Translations under genes and position numbers: made by a program
Notes under the pieces: generated by a model
Seen by the model: only the letters and a program-made list of their open reading frames with translations
What the model was told of the DNA's origin: nothing
Database searches by the model: none
Shown: positions 8,622-17,947 of the stretch, piece by piece
How the letters are laid out: the number at the start of each line of letters is the position of its first letter
How positions within the stretch are numbered: position 1 is the first letter of the stretch
Source of the DNA: an uncultured virus (IMG/VR IMGVR_UViG_3300030419_006315)
Lineage: Duplodnaviria; Heunggongvirae; Uroviricota; Caudoviricetes
IMG/VR virus record: IMGVR_UViG_3300030419_006315
Direction: 5' to 3' (one strand)
DNA length: 64,000 nucleotides

Positions 8622-9436
8622 AAGATTCCAATCGTAAAAAAGTGCTCATGTGTGCACCCATACATTATGATATCAAGTATTCTATCAACCCATGGATGAA
8701 AGATTACGATGAGCCTTTAAATAAGGAATTGGCTCTTGCTCAGTGGTTGAGGCTTTATTCCACCATAGAGAGGATGAGTGATGTCACTATTGAGGTGCTA
8801 GATACAGCGAAGACCCCAAACAACTGCCCAGACATTGTATTTACGGCCAATGCGGGAATAGTCCACAATAACAAGGTAATCCTTTCAAACTTTAAACATC
8901 CTGAGCGTCATTGTGAAAAGCCGTTCTATCGCAAGTGGTTTGAAGATAAGGGCTACGAAGTCGATGAAATATTAGAAAGTTTATATTTCGAAGGCGGCGG
9001 TGATTGTATTGTGGTCGGTGACAAATTGGTTGCTGGGTACGGGTTTCGCTCTGAACACATTGCTTTAGAGTTGGTGGCCGAGAAATTAGATTTAGAATTA
9101 CATGCTTTTAAATTGGCAGACCCAAGGTTTTACCACCTTGATACTTGCCTCTCCATCCTTGACTCCGAAACAGGTTCTGGTTTCTTTTACCCAAAGGCTT
9201 TCGAGGATCCGAAAGCTTTAAAGAAGATTTTAAAACTCAAATCTGTATCCAAAAGGGAGGCGATGAAATTCTGTTGTAATTCTGTGGTGTTAGGGGACAA
9301 TATTGTAGTTCCAACAGGGTCAAAGAAAATCCTTGAATTCTTGCGAGAAAAAGGTTATAATGTATTTGAAGTCGAAATGAGTGAGTTCATCAAATCTGGT
9401 GGAGCCGCTCAATGTTTAGTACTTTATTTAAACTAG
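8612..9436 (+). CDS. amidinotransferase / dimethylarginine dimethylaminohydrolase family enzyme
   Basis: YSINPWM, PDIVFTANAG, FEGGGD, FYHLDT, EFIKSGGAAQCL (catalytic Cys). Confidence 0.88.
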   Translation: MVMKDSNRKKVLMCAPIHYDIKYSINPWMKDYDEPLNKELALAQWLRLYSTIERMSDVTIEVLDTAKTPNNCPDIVFTANAGIVHNNKVILSNFKHPERHCEKPFYRKWFEDKGYEVDEILESLYFEGGGDCIVVGDKLVAGYGFRSEHIALELVAEKLDLELHAFKLADPRFYHLDTCLSILDSETGSGFFYPKAFEDPKALKKILKLKSVSKREAMKFCCNSVVLGDNIVVPTGSKKILEFLREKGYNVFEVEMSEFIKSGGAAQCLVLYLN

Positions 9437-9444
9437 GAGTTATC

Positions 9445-10263
9445 ATGTTAAAGAATGTTTTGTTTGTCGTAGCGCTGCTATGTGTGCCGTATTACGCCCA
9501 TGGCCAAGAGGGTGAGTGTGCGGATGGTCTATGTGGCACCCCTGAAGAGTCTGGAGGCGGGGGAGAAGCTGGTGGAGGTAGTGTGTTAATCGCAAACAGT
9601 GATCAGGGAGAAACACAACAATATGCCGATGACTTCGATGAGGATGGCTTCGAAGATGAATATGATAATTGTCCTTGGACATCTAACCCTGACCAGATCG
9701 ACGGTGACGGCGACGGTTGGGGCGATGCTTGTGACACTTGCCCTATAGCTTGGAACCCCAATCAGTTTGACCACGATAATGATGGCGAGGGCGATTGGTG
9801 TGATGACGATATCGATGGCGACACTATCCCCAATGGAGAAGATAATTGCGAAACAATTCCGAACCCTGCGCAAGTCGACACGGACACAGATCTAATAGGT
9901 GATGTCTGCGATGACGATGACGACGGTGATGTGATTCCCGATTATTTAGATGAGTGTCCACTGCTCCACCGTGCTGATTACAGTCGCGACATGGAGTGTG
10001 TCACGGATCAAGATATGGATAACATCTATGACCACCTTGACAACTGTGTGGATGTACCCAACCTGCATCAAGAGGATCGTGACGGCGATGGCCGCGGCGA
10101 CGTATGTGACACAGATGCAGACGGCAATGGCATTGCTGACCATGCAGAGCATCGTCCAGAGAATCTTGATGCAGAGATTGTTGTTGACAACGGTGAAACA
10201 ATTGAGGAAGGTGGTTGCAATACAGTAAAAACCTTTTCCTTCCCCCTATTTATTCGTAGGTAG
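9445..10263 (+). CDS. secreted thrombospondin type 3 repeat protein, Myxococcus MtsC-like
   Basis: signal peptide; repeated DNCP..NPDQ.D.DGDG.GD.CD; C-terminal GGC-hydrophobic-RR. Confidence 0.85.
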   Translation: MLKNVLFVVALLCVPYYAHGQEGECADGLCGTPEESGGGGEAGGGSVLIANSDQGETQQYADDFDEDGFEDEYDNCPWTSNPDQIDGDGDGWGDACDTCPIAWNPNQFDHDNDGEGDWCDDDIDGDTIPNGEDNCETIPNPAQVDTDTDLIGDVCDDDDDGDVIPDYLDECPLLHRADYSRDMECVTDQDMDNIYDHLDNCVDVPNLHQEDRDGDGRGDVCDTDADGNGIADHAEHRPENLDAEIVVDNGETIEEGGCNTVKTFSFPLFIRR

Positions 10264-10467
10264 ATGATCATATGCATGTGTCACAGCGTATCGGATAAGC
10301 AAATATGCGATAAGCGTTATGACACATTAAGGCAGATGATGTTGGAGACCAAAGCCGGCACAAGTTGTGGCGGATGCATCTTTCAATTGAAGTTTCGTTT
10401 TGAAAAATGTAAAAAACTCAGAGATGAGAGGGGGTCGACCAAAGATGTTAAAATTCCCAGACAGTAA
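10264..10467 (+). CDS. BFD-like [2Fe-2S] protein
   Basis: IICMCHSVSDKQI...AGTSCGGC. Confidence 0.8.
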   Translation: MIICMCHSVSDKQICDKRYDTLRQMMLETKAGTSCGGCIFQLKFRFEKCKKLRDERGSTKDVKIPRQ

Positions 10468-11308
10468 GATATATTTTCTCACTGACATGCACGCAGATGC
10501 TGCAGCATTCAGGCGCAGCATGGAGCGTTGCGAAAAAGATTCCATAATCGTAATCGGCGGAGATACTTTCGATAAAGGTCCAAGCAACCTTGAACTTTTA
10601 AGGGAATATAAAAAGTTTATACGTGACGGTTGGAACTTTAAGTTTGTAATTGGCAACCACGATGTACGCCAATATATGGTGTTAAAATATTGGTTTCAAC
10701 AAGGGGATCCCAAATATGCCGCGGCCTTTACTGCTAAGAGGTTTAGGTCTAGGATCAACCCTTTGCTCCACGAATGTGGTGGCATCGAGAAAGCACAACA
10801 AATGTTCCTGTCGGCTGACGGCGAGTTTAACTGGTTCTTCAGGGACCAGCTTTTAATTTATAGAAACAATTCTTTTGCTTTCGTGCACGCAGGAATCTCT
10901 GATTTACTTGCGGAAACAATTGAGCAAACAAGCGTGTTCTCAATCAACCTCAGGTTCAGGGCGATGATGAACGCGGATCCGTTTGCCTTGTATTATGGAT
11001 CATTGGGTTCCGCAATTCGAACAAAGTATCGCGACAATGACTTTGCTTTCACCCCTCACGGCACTGCCACTTTGCGTAAAACAGGTATCAGTGCGATTGT
11101 CAGTGGCCACTTCAATGTTTTGGATGGCCACGAACTCAAGATCATGAATGGGACACCACAGTTTTTTTGTGATTGCGTCGTTGACAGCGCCTCTAGAAAA
11201 AAGTATAATATGAAAACTCCCGGCTGGGCAGTTTTAGAGATCAACCCTCACACCCGAAAAATAATCGGGAGAAGTTCAGAAAAGACCTTGACACTTTATG
11301 AAGAATAG
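10445..11308 (+). CDS. metallophosphoesterase (Ser/Thr phosphatase-like)
   Basis: TDMH, GDTFDKGP, GNHD, FVHAG, SGH. Confidence 0.88.
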   Translation: MLKFPDSKIYFLTDMHADAAAFRRSMERCEKDSIIVIGGDTFDKGPSNLELLREYKKFIRDGWNFKFVIGNHDVRQYMVLKYWFQQGDPKYAAAFTAKRFRSRINPLLHECGGIEKAQQMFLSADGEFNWFFRDQLLIYRNNSFAFVHAGISDLLAETIEQTSVFSINLRFRAMMNADPFALYYGSLGSAIRTKYRDNDFAFTPHGTATLRKTGISAIVSGHFNVLDGHELKIMNGTPQFFCDCVVDSASRKKYNMKTPGWAVLEINPHTRKIIGRSSEKTLTLYEE

Positions 11309-11350
11309 GTTATAGTATAACAATCAAAAACATAACAAGGAGAGATTAAT

Positions 11351-11560
11351 ATGTTTAAAAGTAAGAATTCGAGAGCAATAGTAAGTTGGGTAGTTATGAT
11401 GATTTTCAACTTTACGTGCCTTTGGGGCATCACGAATGACCCTGTAGACGCAATCAAGGCCCTCTTGGTGTGCTACTTTGTCCTCGCCGGTGCTGCAGCC
11501 AGTTGGATGATGTTGCAAAATTGGGTAGAGGCAGGAGAGTTAGAAAATGCTGAAAACTAA
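11351..11560 (+). CDS. small two-TM membrane protein
   Basis: two hydrophobic helices; SD AAGGAG; N-terminus resembles next gene. Confidence 0.6.
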   Translation: MFKSKNSRAIVSWVVMMIFNFTCLWGITNDPVDAIKALLVCYFVLAGAAASWMMLQNWVEAGELENAEN

Positions 11561-11765
11561 GAAATCACGCAGCATCACTTATTGGTTAGTCATCCTCGCT
11601 CTGTATGTTGTTTCTGCCGCAGTGCACGCCCATGGGTATGATAACTTTTTTGCAGAATTTGCCAGGTACTTCTCCGCCCTCGTAGCAGTGTCGTTTATCG
11701 CCGCCGCGGTTCTTGGGATTTCTTTCGCAGCCATGGAATGGATCAGTAGAGGTTCTGACGAATAA
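11547..11765 (+). CDS. small two-TM membrane protein
   Basis: two hydrophobic helices; MLKTKKSRSITYW versus MFKSKNSRAIVSW in the previous gene. Confidence 0.6.
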   Translation: MLKTKKSRSITYWLVILALYVVSAAVHAHGYDNFFAEFARYFSALVAVSFIAAAVLGISFAAMEWISRGSDE

Positions 11766-11774
11766 TAATAACTC

Positions 11775-11803
11775 TTGACTTCCCTGGTGTATTGCGATAT
11801 ACT
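11775..11803 (+). promoter_or_regulatory. sigma70-type promoter for tRNA-Ile and helicase operon
   Basis: TTGACT-17 nt-TATACT. Confidence 0.75.
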
Positions 11804-11817
11804 AGGGAAGTATTTAT

Positions 11818-11891
11818 TGGCTCATAGCTCAACTGGTTAGAGCACGCTTCTTATAAGGGTGAGGTTCCGGGTTCAAGCCCCGGTGAGCCAA
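11818..11891 (+). tRNA. tRNA-Ile (anticodon TAT)
   Basis: cloverleaf: TGGCTCA/TGAGCCA acceptor, GCTC/GAGC D stem, loop CT-TAT-AA, CCGGG-TTCAAGC-CCCGG T arm; CCA not encoded. Confidence 0.88.
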
Positions 11892-11922
11892 CTGCGAATG
11901 AGACACTCAGAATGGACAAAGA

Positions 11923-13314
11923 ATGAATCAGGAAAAAGTAGACTTCTCAAAATTTGGTAAATCATTTCAAGAGAAGTTGGCACATCTAATCTTACAAGAG
12001 AGAGTTTTCTGCGATCAAATGCAGGAAGTCCTCTCAATTTCTTTCTTTGAGCTAAAGTATTTGCAAGCCTTTGTGCGTAAGATATTTGCGTATAGGGAGA
12101 AATACGAGACTCATCCGACTTACGAGATCATGGCGACGATGCTTAGATCTGAGATGGAGGATGAGAGCGGCGCTGTCACAAAGCAGGTTAGGGACTTTCT
12201 AGCCAGAAGCTTATCGTCTAAAGAGATAGAGGAAGCCGAATACATCAAAGATGTCTCTCTTGACTTCTGCAAGAAGCAGAAGTTGAAAGAGGCAATGATT
12301 AAATCTGTTGATCTCTTACAGCACTCATCGTTTGACGAGATCAGTTCAGTTATCAATGATGCAATCAAGCTTGGTTCGGATAACAACTTTGGTTACGAAT
12401 ATATAGCTGATTTTGAAGATCGTTATCAGCCAAAGATGCGTCATCCTGTCACGACAGGTTGGAAGCAGATAGATGATATCACAAACGGTGGTCTTGGTAA
12501 TAGCGAGTTGGGCGTCGTTATTGCACCAACAGGTGCCGGCAAGTCCATGGTCCTTGTTCACCTTGGCGCTCAAGCTATCAGAGAGGGAAAAACCGTTGTA
12601 CATTATACACTTGAGCTACAAGACATGTCTATCGGACTCCGATATGACAGTTGCTTGACCGGTGTACCGATCAATGATCTTACACTTTTTAAGGATGAAG
12701 TTTACGAAAAAGTGTCCGATTTCGGTGGCAGGCTCATAATTAAAGAGTACCCGTCGAAGACGGCAAGTACGAATACGATTAAGACGCACTTAGAAAAACT
12801 GAAGACAAGAGGAATCGACGTAGACATGGTTATTGTCGATTATGCAGACTTGTTGCGTCCAAAGCGTGTTGAAAGAGAAAAGAGGCACGAACTTGAAAGC
12901 ATGTACGAAGAATTGAGAGGTCTGGCACAAGAATTTAAATGTGTCTTCTGGACCGCCTCTCAAACCAACCGCTCAGGTCTTAATGCGGAAGTTATCACAA
13001 TGGAGGCAATCAGCGAAGCGTTCAACAAATGCTTTGTTGCCGACTTTATTTGCACCATATCCAGAACAGTTGAAGACAAAACTGCGAATACTGGCAGAAT
13101 GTTTATTGCAAAGAATAGACAGGGGTATGACGGTATGATATATCCTATATTCATGGACACCAGTAATGTAAAGATAAAGGTCTTCGAACCCACCAAAGAA
13201 ACAATAGAAGAGATCAATCAAAGTGCCGCTGCGCAGCAGATGAGCAATATTAAAAAGAAATACCAGTCTTGGAAGGAGAAAGAAAAGGAAAATGCACGAC
13301 GAAAAACAAGTTAA
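11923..13314 (+). CDS. replicative DnaB/gp41-like helicase
   Basis: VTTGW..ID, IAPTGAGKS Walker A, HYTLE, IIKEYP, IVDYADL, WTASQTNR, KNR.G. Confidence 0.92.
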   Translation: MNQEKVDFSKFGKSFQEKLAHLILQERVFCDQMQEVLSISFFELKYLQAFVRKIFAYREKYETHPTYEIMATMLRSEMEDESGAVTKQVRDFLARSLSSKEIEEAEYIKDVSLDFCKKQKLKEAMIKSVDLLQHSSFDEISSVINDAIKLGSDNNFGYEYIADFEDRYQPKMRHPVTTGWKQIDDITNGGLGNSELGVVIAPTGAGKSMVLVHLGAQAIREGKTVVHYTLELQDMSIGLRYDSCLTGVPINDLTLFKDEVYEKVSDFGGRLIIKEYPSKTASTNTIKTHLEKLKTRGIDVDMVIVDYADLLRPKRVEREKRHELESMYEELRGLAQEFKCVFWTASQTNRSGLNAEVITMEAISEAFNKCFVADFICTISRTVEDKTANTGRMFIAKNRQGYDGMIYPIFMDTSNVKIKVFEPTKETIEEINQSAAAQQMSNIKKKYQSWKEKEKENARRKTS

Positions 13315-15703
13315 AGAGAAGACCTTAGAATATTTTAATGGCGATGAGTTGGCCACCAATGTTTGGATGACAAAATATTGTCTTAAAGACAAGCAAGGCA
13401 ATTATATGGAACTCACGCCCGATGATATGCATCGTCGATTAGCAAAAGAGTTTGCAAGAATTGAAAGCAAGTTCGAAAACTCTCTCAAAGAAGAGGATAT
13501 CTACGGTCTTTTAAAGAACTTTGACAATATCGTGCCTCAGGGCTCTCCTATGTTTGGGATTGGGAACGATTACGTTAACGCATCTTTGTCTAACTGCGTC
13601 GTCGTTGCTTCTCCTGAAGATAACATTTCTTCAATTATGGATTCTGGGAAGCAGCTTGCCAATTTGTTCAAGAATCGTTGCGGCGTCGGACTGGATATTT
13701 CAGAGCTACGTCCGGAAAACGCTATTGTAAATAACGCTGCAAGGACCACCACAGGCGCCTGGAGCTTCGCTGACTTCTATTCGTATGTTTGCCGCATGAT
13801 TGGCCAAAATGGCCGTAGAGGGGCTCTGATGATCTCTATGGACGTGCGCCATCCTGATATCGAGCAATTTGTAACGATGAAGCACGATCTCACCAAGGTT
13901 ACAGGCGCAAATGTATCTGTAAAGATTAGTGATGATTTTATGCGAGCAGTCGAAAATAAAGAAAAGTTCACTTTACAGTTTCCTGTCGACTCTGATAGTC
14001 CCACATATACAAAAGAAGTGGAAGCCGTAGAGCTGTGGACGCAGATTGTAGATTCTGCAACGAAGACAGCGGAGCCCGGGCTGCTGATGTGGGACAATAT
14101 CACAAGTCGACTTCCAGCAAACGAGTATGACCAATTTAAAACTATTTGTGTCAACCCTTGTGCCGAGATCGCCCTCTCGGCTTACGACTCGTGTCGCTTG
14201 ATCTCGGTTAATTTGAAAAACTTTGTTAAAAACGCTTTCACAGATAAAGCCGAGTTTGATCTGAAAGAGTTTAGCAACGTTGTCCGAGTGGCAACAAGGT
14301 TGTCTGATGATTTGGTTGAACTGGAGAATGAAAAGCTTCTAAAAATTAAAAATTCTTGTGACACTGACGATGAGCGCGCTTTGTGGGACAACATGATTAG
14401 CGCTTGTATGAATGGTCGACGAACAGGGTTGGGCACTCATGGATTGGCAGATGCCATCGCTCGCTTAAACCTCTCCTACGACAGCGATGAGGGCATTAGC
14501 ATAGTAGATGAGATTTACAGGATTATGAAAGTCTCTGCATATGAAGAGAGTGTCAAGATGGCCCAGGAGCGGGGAGCATTCAAGGCTTTTGACTGGGACG
14601 TAGAAAAGGAAAACTCCTACATCAAAGACCTCCCAGAAGTACTGCAGGCTCAGATTCGCGCCCATGGCCGAAGAAATATCTCTATTCTAACCAATGCCCC
14701 GACAGGCTCTGTCTCGCTGTTGTCACAGACTAGTACGGGCATTGAGCCTGTTTTCAGAAATTCTTATATTCGACGACGTAAGTTGTCGCACAACGAACAG
14801 CATCTTGAGGCTGATTTTGTGGACAAGTTGGGTGATCGCTGGGTTGAATACGAAGTGTTTCACCACAATGTGCAAGAATTTTTAGACACATTGGGCAGCG
14901 ATGAGGTTGCAGAGTTTTTCACCACTTCCGATCAGATTGATTGGCAGAAGAGGATCGAAATCCAAGCAGCCATTCAAAAGCACATAGACCACTCTATTTC
15001 TTCGACAATAAACCTGCCGAAAGGAACCGACCCTTCTGTTGTTGGAGATCTCTATCTCCAGGGGTGGAAAAGCGGCCTTAAGGGTATAACTGTGTATGTC
15101 GACGGTTCACGCTCAGGGGTTCTCATTACCAAGGAAGAGACTGTTGAGCAGGATAGCTTTCCGCAACATTCGGCACCCAAGCGTCCGGACACCTTGGAGT
15201 GCGATATCCACCACACCACGATTGCTGGAGAAAAGTGGGTTGTGCTCGTCGGCCTTATCGATGGAAAGCCATACGAGGTATTGGGTGGCGAAGCCAGCTT
15301 GATTGAGATTCCGAAAAGATACGATAAAGGTCGGTTAACGAAGCATTGCTTTAAGACACGTCACAATCGTTATGACCTTTCTTTCGGCTACAATGGTGAC
15401 ACAATTCACATCAAGGATGTTGTGAAAGTCTTTGACAATCCTAATAATTCGGCTTTCACACGCATGATCTCTCTGGGCCTTCGCCATGGCGCCCAGGCAA
15501 AATTCATGGTTGAGCAATTACAAAAAGACAAGGATTCTGAAATGTTCAGCTTTGCAAAGTGCATTGCTAGGATTCTCAAGAATTATATTAAAGATGGAGA
15601 GGTTCCTAGTGATAAACTTTGTTCAGAATGTGGGTCTGAGTCGCTTTTATATCAAGATGGGTGCATAACATGCACTTCTTGTGGGTACGCTAAGTGCGGA
15701 TGA
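13292..15703 (+). CDS. nrdJ: class II (adenosylcobalamin-dependent) ribonucleotide reductase
   Basis: SLSNC, QNGRRGALM, GANVSV, NPCAEI, RRTGLG, APTGS, GLKGITVY, C-terminal Zn ribbon; no beta-subunit gene adjacent. Confidence 0.9.
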   Translation: MHDEKQVKEKTLEYFNGDELATNVWMTKYCLKDKQGNYMELTPDDMHRRLAKEFARIESKFENSLKEEDIYGLLKNFDNIVPQGSPMFGIGNDYVNASLSNCVVVASPEDNISSIMDSGKQLANLFKNRCGVGLDISELRPENAIVNNAARTTTGAWSFADFYSYVCRMIGQNGRRGALMISMDVRHPDIEQFVTMKHDLTKVTGANVSVKISDDFMRAVENKEKFTLQFPVDSDSPTYTKEVEAVELWTQIVDSATKTAEPGLLMWDNITSRLPANEYDQFKTICVNPCAEIALSAYDSCRLISVNLKNFVKNAFTDKAEFDLKEFSNVVRVATRLSDDLVELENEKLLKIKNSCDTDDERALWDNMISACMNGRRTGLGTHGLADAIARLNLSYDSDEGISIVDEIYRIMKVSAYEESVKMAQERGAFKAFDWDVEKENSYIKDLPEVLQAQIRAHGRRNISILTNAPTGSVSLLSQTSTGIEPVFRNSYIRRRKLSHNEQHLEADFVDKLGDRWVEYEVFHHNVQEFLDTLGSDEVAEFFTTSDQIDWQKRIEIQAAIQKHIDHSISSTINLPKGTDPSVVGDLYLQGWKSGLKGITVYVDGSRSGVLITKEETVEQDSFPQHSAPKRPDTLECDIHHTTIAGEKWVVLVGLIDGKPYEVLGGEASLIEIPKRYDKGRLTKHCFKTRHNRYDLSFGYNGDTIHIKDVVKVFDNPNNSAFTRMISLGLRHGAQAKFMVEQLQKDKDSEMFSFAKCIARILKNYIKDGEVPSDKLCSECGSESLLYQDGCITCTSCGYAKCG

Positions 15704-15704
15704 G

Positions 15705-15712
15705 ACTATTTA
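15705..15712 (+). promoter_or_regulatory. ACTATTTA phage promoter-like motif (representative copy)
   Basis: same 8-mer or ACTACTTA recurs in intergenic gaps before many genes on both strands. Confidence 0.55.
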
Positions 15713-15752
15713 GTAAAGGAAGCAATTCCTCAAATATAAGGAGTACAAATTA

Positions 15753-16604
15753 ATGCCAGCATCACCAAAAATTATTAAAAAACATGAAGAAATGTTCTAT
15801 CCCACAGTTCGTATTCGCGCCAAAGGTTCTGGTGGTAGTGGCACCGTTGTTTATTCTAAAAAACACCATGGTGAATATCACACTTACGTGATCACCAACC
15901 ACCATGTGGTTTCAAGGTGCATTCAGGTTGAAAAAAGGTGGAATCCAGTTAGAAAAAGAAAGATGGACACCGAAATTTTAGATACCGTGTATGTAGAATA
16001 TTTCAAATACAACAACTACTCTCACTGTATTGGTAGCTTTGCTATTGAGGCAGATATTGTGGCGTATTCCGAGGTCGACGGAGGCCAAGATTGGGCTCTT
16101 CTTCGCGTCAGGGACAAGGAAAACCCTGCCCCCTATGTCGCCAACCTTTTTCCAGAACATGATATCGAAAATGTGCACATCTTCGACCCTTGTTATGCTG
16201 TAGGGGCTTCTTTGGGTCATGCCCCAATTGCAACCAACGGCCACATTTGTTATATGGACGATGAAATTAGCCATTATCGCTATTGGATGTCCACAGCACA
16301 AACAATCTTTGGCAATTCTGGTGGAGCGTTGTATCGCTACTCTGATGAGAGAAAGAACTATGAGTACATTGGAATCCCATCTAGAATTACTGTGCAACCC
16401 ATGGGCTTTTCTCGCGATCCTATTACTCACATGGGTTATTTCATTCCAATCGAGAGAGTTTATAACCTTCTTCGGGACAACAACTATCATTTCATCTTTG
16501 ATGATACTATGTCTTTTGAAGAGTGTGCAAAACTTCGTGGTGAAGAGGTTCCCGATCTTTTTGATATAGATCCTGATGATGATGAAGACGAAAACGAAGA
16601 ATAA
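15753..16604 (+). CDS. trypsin-like serine protease
   Basis: GSGT, YVITNHHVV (His), DWALL (Asp), GNSGG (Ser). Confidence 0.87.
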   Translation: MPASPKIIKKHEEMFYPTVRIRAKGSGGSGTVVYSKKHHGEYHTYVITNHHVVSRCIQVEKRWNPVRKRKMDTEILDTVYVEYFKYNNYSHCIGSFAIEADIVAYSEVDGGQDWALLRVRDKENPAPYVANLFPEHDIENVHIFDPCYAVGASLGHAPIATNGHICYMDDEISHYRYWMSTAQTIFGNSGGALYRYSDERKNYEYIGIPSRITVQPMGFSRDPITHMGYFIPIERVYNLLRDNNYHFIFDDTMSFEECAKLRGEEVPDLFDIDPDDDEDENEE

Positions 16605-16673
16605 TCCTTGACATAACAGAAAAAATTTGATAATATTATTATTCAAGTAACCACACAAGCCATAGGAGGAAAC

Positions 16674-16937
16674 GTGGAAGACACTAAGGGTAAGAAAGAG
16701 CAGTACATTCAAAGTTATATTAAATCACTATATTCAATCGAGCAAGCCATTGAGCCTTTTAAGGAGCAAAAACGAGAACTTAGAAAGGAATACGCTGACA
16801 ACGGATGGTTAACAAAAGATGAGATTCGTGCTACAGTAAGGGCATATCGTCTTCACAAGGGCGGTGTCGATATTGAGAACATTAATGAAGTTTACGAGCA
16901 GATTGATAAAATGCTCGGAAGAAATATCACGGAGTAG
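16674..16937 (+). CDS. small dsDNA-binding protein (GapR/DUF2312 or T4 DsbA-like)
   Basis: helical pattern IEQAIEPFKEQKRELRKEYADNG...IRATVRAYR. Confidence 0.5.
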   Translation: MEDTKGKKEQYIQSYIKSLYSIEQAIEPFKEQKRELRKEYADNGWLTKDEIRATVRAYRLHKGGVDIENINEVYEQIDKMLGRNITE

Positions 16938-16939
16938 AG

Positions 16940-17218
16940 ATGAACTTCAAGCCTGTTAATAGACATCTACAAATAGAGATCATTAATCTTCCAAAAGAAG
17001 GTAAAAAGCAAAGAGTCCTCCTTCCGGAAGATTATCGAAAATCAGATGAACAATTCAAACTATGTAGAGTAGTTTCAGTCGCAACTGATTGCGCACAACA
17101 TTTTCGAGAAAACATTTTAGTTGCAGTAAATGCTCCTATGGTGGAGAAGGTGAGGGTTTTAGATGAGGAGGTTCACTTGATTTTAGAGAACCATGTTGTA
17201 GGAATAGTAAATGAATAA
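16940..17218 (+). CDS. GroES-like co-chaperonin
   Basis: MNFKPVNRHL.I, VLLP, VVSV, C-terminal LILENHVVGIV; 92 aa. Confidence 0.7.
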   Translation: MNFKPVNRHLQIEIINLPKEGKKQRVLLPEDYRKSDEQFKLCRVVSVATDCAQHFRENILVAVNAPMVEKVRVLDEEVHLILENHVVGIVNE

Positions 17219-17720
17219 TAAAGGACTTTTTATACAAATGACCGGTCTTTCAGGGGCCGGCAAAACGACACTCGCCATGGCCGCCCAAAAATACTTAACT
17301 GAAAAGGGCGTGGAGAATGTTGAAATAATTGATGGTGATGAGTACCGCGAAGGGTTGTGTTCTGATTTGGGTTTTTCTAAAGAGGATCGCAACACCAACA
17401 TTCGACGTTTGGGTTTTGTAGGGCGCGTCCTGGCGCGGAATGGTGTTGTAGCGATCATGTCTGCCATCAACCCCTATGATGAGATACGACAAGAGGTTGG
17501 GGGCAAACAGGTTTACATAAAAACTGGCTTGGAGGCCGTTATCTCCCGGGACGTTAAAGGGTTATATGCCAAGGCGTTGAGTGGCGAAATCCCTAACTTT
17601 ACTGGAATTTCTGATCCCTTTGAGGAGCCCTCTTCCGCAGATCTGGTGATAGAGACCGATAAGGATACACTACATAATTGTGTAATGCAGTTGTGTGAGT
17701 TTATCATGGAAAGTATCTGA
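17211..17720 (+). CDS. cysC: adenylyl-sulfate (APS) kinase
   Basis: TGLSGAGKTT, DGD..R.GL..DLGFSKEDR..NIRR, RDVKGLY, FTGISDPFEEP. Confidence 0.95.
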   Translation: MNNKGLFIQMTGLSGAGKTTLAMAAQKYLTEKGVENVEIIDGDEYREGLCSDLGFSKEDRNTNIRRLGFVGRVLARNGVVAIMSAINPYDEIRQEVGGKQVYIKTGLEAVISRDVKGLYAKALSGEIPNFTGISDPFEEPSSADLVIETDKDTLHNCVMQLCEFIMESI

Positions 17721-17947
17721 TGGTACAAAGAAAGAGACACATTGCCAAAACAATTACTTGGAGAATCATAGCCACCACAACAACCATGGGTTTTACGTGG
17801 CTTGTGACCAAGGACTGGGCAATCGCGACCAGTGTGGGCGCTTTTAATGTGTTCGCCAAATCTATCTTGTACTATCTCCACGAACGTATGTGGTATCGCA
17901 GCAAATATGGTGTACAGACAACACAAAAGGAGAGTTGTGAAAACTAA
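17720..17947 (+). CDS. DUF2061-family small membrane protein
   Basis: RHIAKTITWR...K..LYYLHERMW. Confidence 0.85.
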   Translation: MVQRKRHIAKTITWRIIATTTTMGFTWLVTKDWAIATSVGAFNVFAKSILYYLHERMWYRSKYGVQTTQKESCEN

